NCBI RefSeq assembly: GCF_009914755.1
Contig: NC_060928.1
From: the human T2T-CHM13v2.0 reference genome, Homo sapiens
DNA length: 64,000 nucleotides
Strand: one strand, 5' to 3'
Made by a program: the position numbers and the translations under genes. The notes below the pieces were generated by a model. It was not told where the DNA came from. It did not search any database and saw only the letters and a list, made by a program, of their open reading frames with translations. How positions within the stretch are numbered: position 1 is the first letter of the stretch; each line of letters opens with the position of its first letter. Shown one piece after another: positions 61,512-64,000 of this stretch.

Positions 61512-62498
61512 TTATCAGTGATCTAGTTTTTCAGCTAAAGAATATTTTTCATGCCTGTTACATTCTAAGATGCTTTGTAGCTTTGCTCTATGTCTATTCC
61601 ATCTGGATTTAGCAGACTACTCTCCCTCTTCCTGTCCATAAAAATATGTAAAGGCCTGTAAGGACGCATAACAGACTTTTTACAGGTAGTTTGATATGTG
61701 TATGTATGTGTATATGTGTGTGCATACACATGTGTGTCTGTGTACTTCTGCAGGTTAGAGGAAGAAAATAAAGAGCAGTGGTGAAGACTTGACTTTAGAA
61801 CCAGGTTTCCAGGAGTTCATATCCATGCTCTGTCCTCCTCTATCTTGTGTAACCTTAGCAGTTATCTTTTTCTGCCTTTCTCATCTGGTTAAAAAAAGGA
61901 GGGATGGGGCAATAATAGTTCAACTTACTTTTTAGATTTGTGAAGACTAAATGAGTTTTCATGAGTTAAAGCACTTTGAACAGTGTCTGGTATGGTAAAT
62001 GTAGTGTAAAATACATATAAAACATATTTTGTTAACATAAATACATACTGATTATCTATAAACTAATCTGAAATTTTTTTTTCTGTTTCTATCTGAGGGC
62101 AGAAGTAAGATTATAGAGGGAGGTGGTCAGGCGCGGTGGCTCAAGCCTGTAATCCCAGCACTTTGGGATGCCGAGGTGGGTGGATCACCTGAGGCCAGGA
62201 GTTTGAGATCAGCCTGGACAACATGGCAAAACCCCATCTCTTCTAAAAATACAAAAATTAGCCAGGCGTGATGGTGGGTGCCTGTAATCCCAGCTACTTG
62301 GGAGGCTGAGTTTGGAGAATCACTTCAACCCGGGAGGCGGAGATTGCATTGAGCTGAGATTATGCCACTGCACTCTAGCCTGGGCAACAAGAGCAAAACT
62401 CTGTCTCAAAAAAAAAAAAAAATCCATCTGTTATTGTCTATTTCTCTCTTCTATTTTGTCAAATTTTGATTCATAAATTTTGATTTTTTTTTTTTTGA

Positions 62499-62714
<216 letters not shown>

Positions 62715-63381
62715 TGATCTTCCTGCCTCGGCCCCCTGCAAGTGCTGGGATTACAGGCGTGAGCCACCACACCCGACCAGATCATTTGTTATTAGGTGTG
62801 TAAATGTTTATAATTGTTACATCTTCTGTTTTGAATCTTGTATTAACATATAATTCCTTTCTTTGTCTCTTAGAATCTTTTTGATTTAATGTCTGTTTTG
62901 TCTGATACAAGTATGATGACCACTGCTCTCTTTTAGTTTCTGTTTGCATGGAATACCTTTTTCATTCATTCACTTTCAACCTGTTTGTGTCTAAAGGATA
63001 TTCACTTTGAATATCCTTTAGACTATATATATGTGGATCATTTTAGACTTAATTCTGCCATTCTGTCTTTGATTAAAAATTTAATTCATTTACATTTAAA
63101 ATAATAACTGATAAGAAGGGATTTACTTTTGTCATTTTGCTATTTGTTTTCTACATTCTGTATAGTATTTTTGTTTCATTATTTCCATGCAGAGCTGATG
63201 CTAAGATAAAAGCTAAAATGGACTGACATTAATGGCAGTTTATCTTCCAAGACTTTCCCTGGAATTTCCAAGCGTGAAAAAAGACTGCAGAGGCTGCGTG
63301 CGGTGGGTCATGCCTGTAATCCCAGCACTTTGGGAGGCTGAGGTGGGTGGATCAAAATATCAGGAGTTTGAGACCAGCCTA

Positions 63382-63639
<258 letters not shown>

Positions 63640-64000
63640 TTAGCGCAATTGCTGGCTAGGTAGGAAAAAAGATTCTTGATGTTTCCTACTTCTCTATCTT
63701 CCAACAATTCTTCCCTGTTGCTTATTTCAGTGTGTTCTTTTCTTCTATTAAACTGTACTCATGAGTTGTTATGCACTGAATATGTGTGTTTCACCAAAAT
63801 TCATATGTTTAAGCCTTAATTCTTAGGGCTTACATTCTTACATTCAAATTTTTTTTTTTTTCCTTTTGAGACAGTTTCATTCTTGTTGCCCAAGCCAGTG
63901 TGCAAAGGCGCGGTCCCGGCTCACTGCAACCTCCATCACCCAGGTTCAAGCAGTTCTCTGGCCTGAGCCTCCCGAGTAGCTGGGATTACATGGGATTACA

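Overview
Primate (by recall, human 4q32.3) repeat-rich euchromatin containing the TRIM61/FAM218A locus. Most of the window is one old inverted segmental duplication: left arm ~170-20950, right arm ~26430-45930, with a ~5.5 kb spacer holding an L1 that carries an ORF-intact NACA retrocopy. Each arm has a TRIM60/61/75-like pseudogene, a small SPRY fragment, an IER3 retrocopy (complete on the left, 5' fragment on the right) and a second, more decayed TRIM gene. On the right arm that decayed gene underlies the 'orphan' FAM218A ORF. Outside the repeat, TRIM61 is an intact single-exon 471-aa RING/B-box/coiled-coil/PRY-SPRY ORF with its own polyA signal. The 209-aa TRIM61 I recall can be rebuilt exactly by splicing from an internal donor to an Alu exon. 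Two ~300-bp tracts of perfect arm-to-arm identity suggest gene conversion, and one of them carries a shared inactivating deletion. Gene names and repeat-family names come from recognition, not from searches; coordinates of repeats are approximate.
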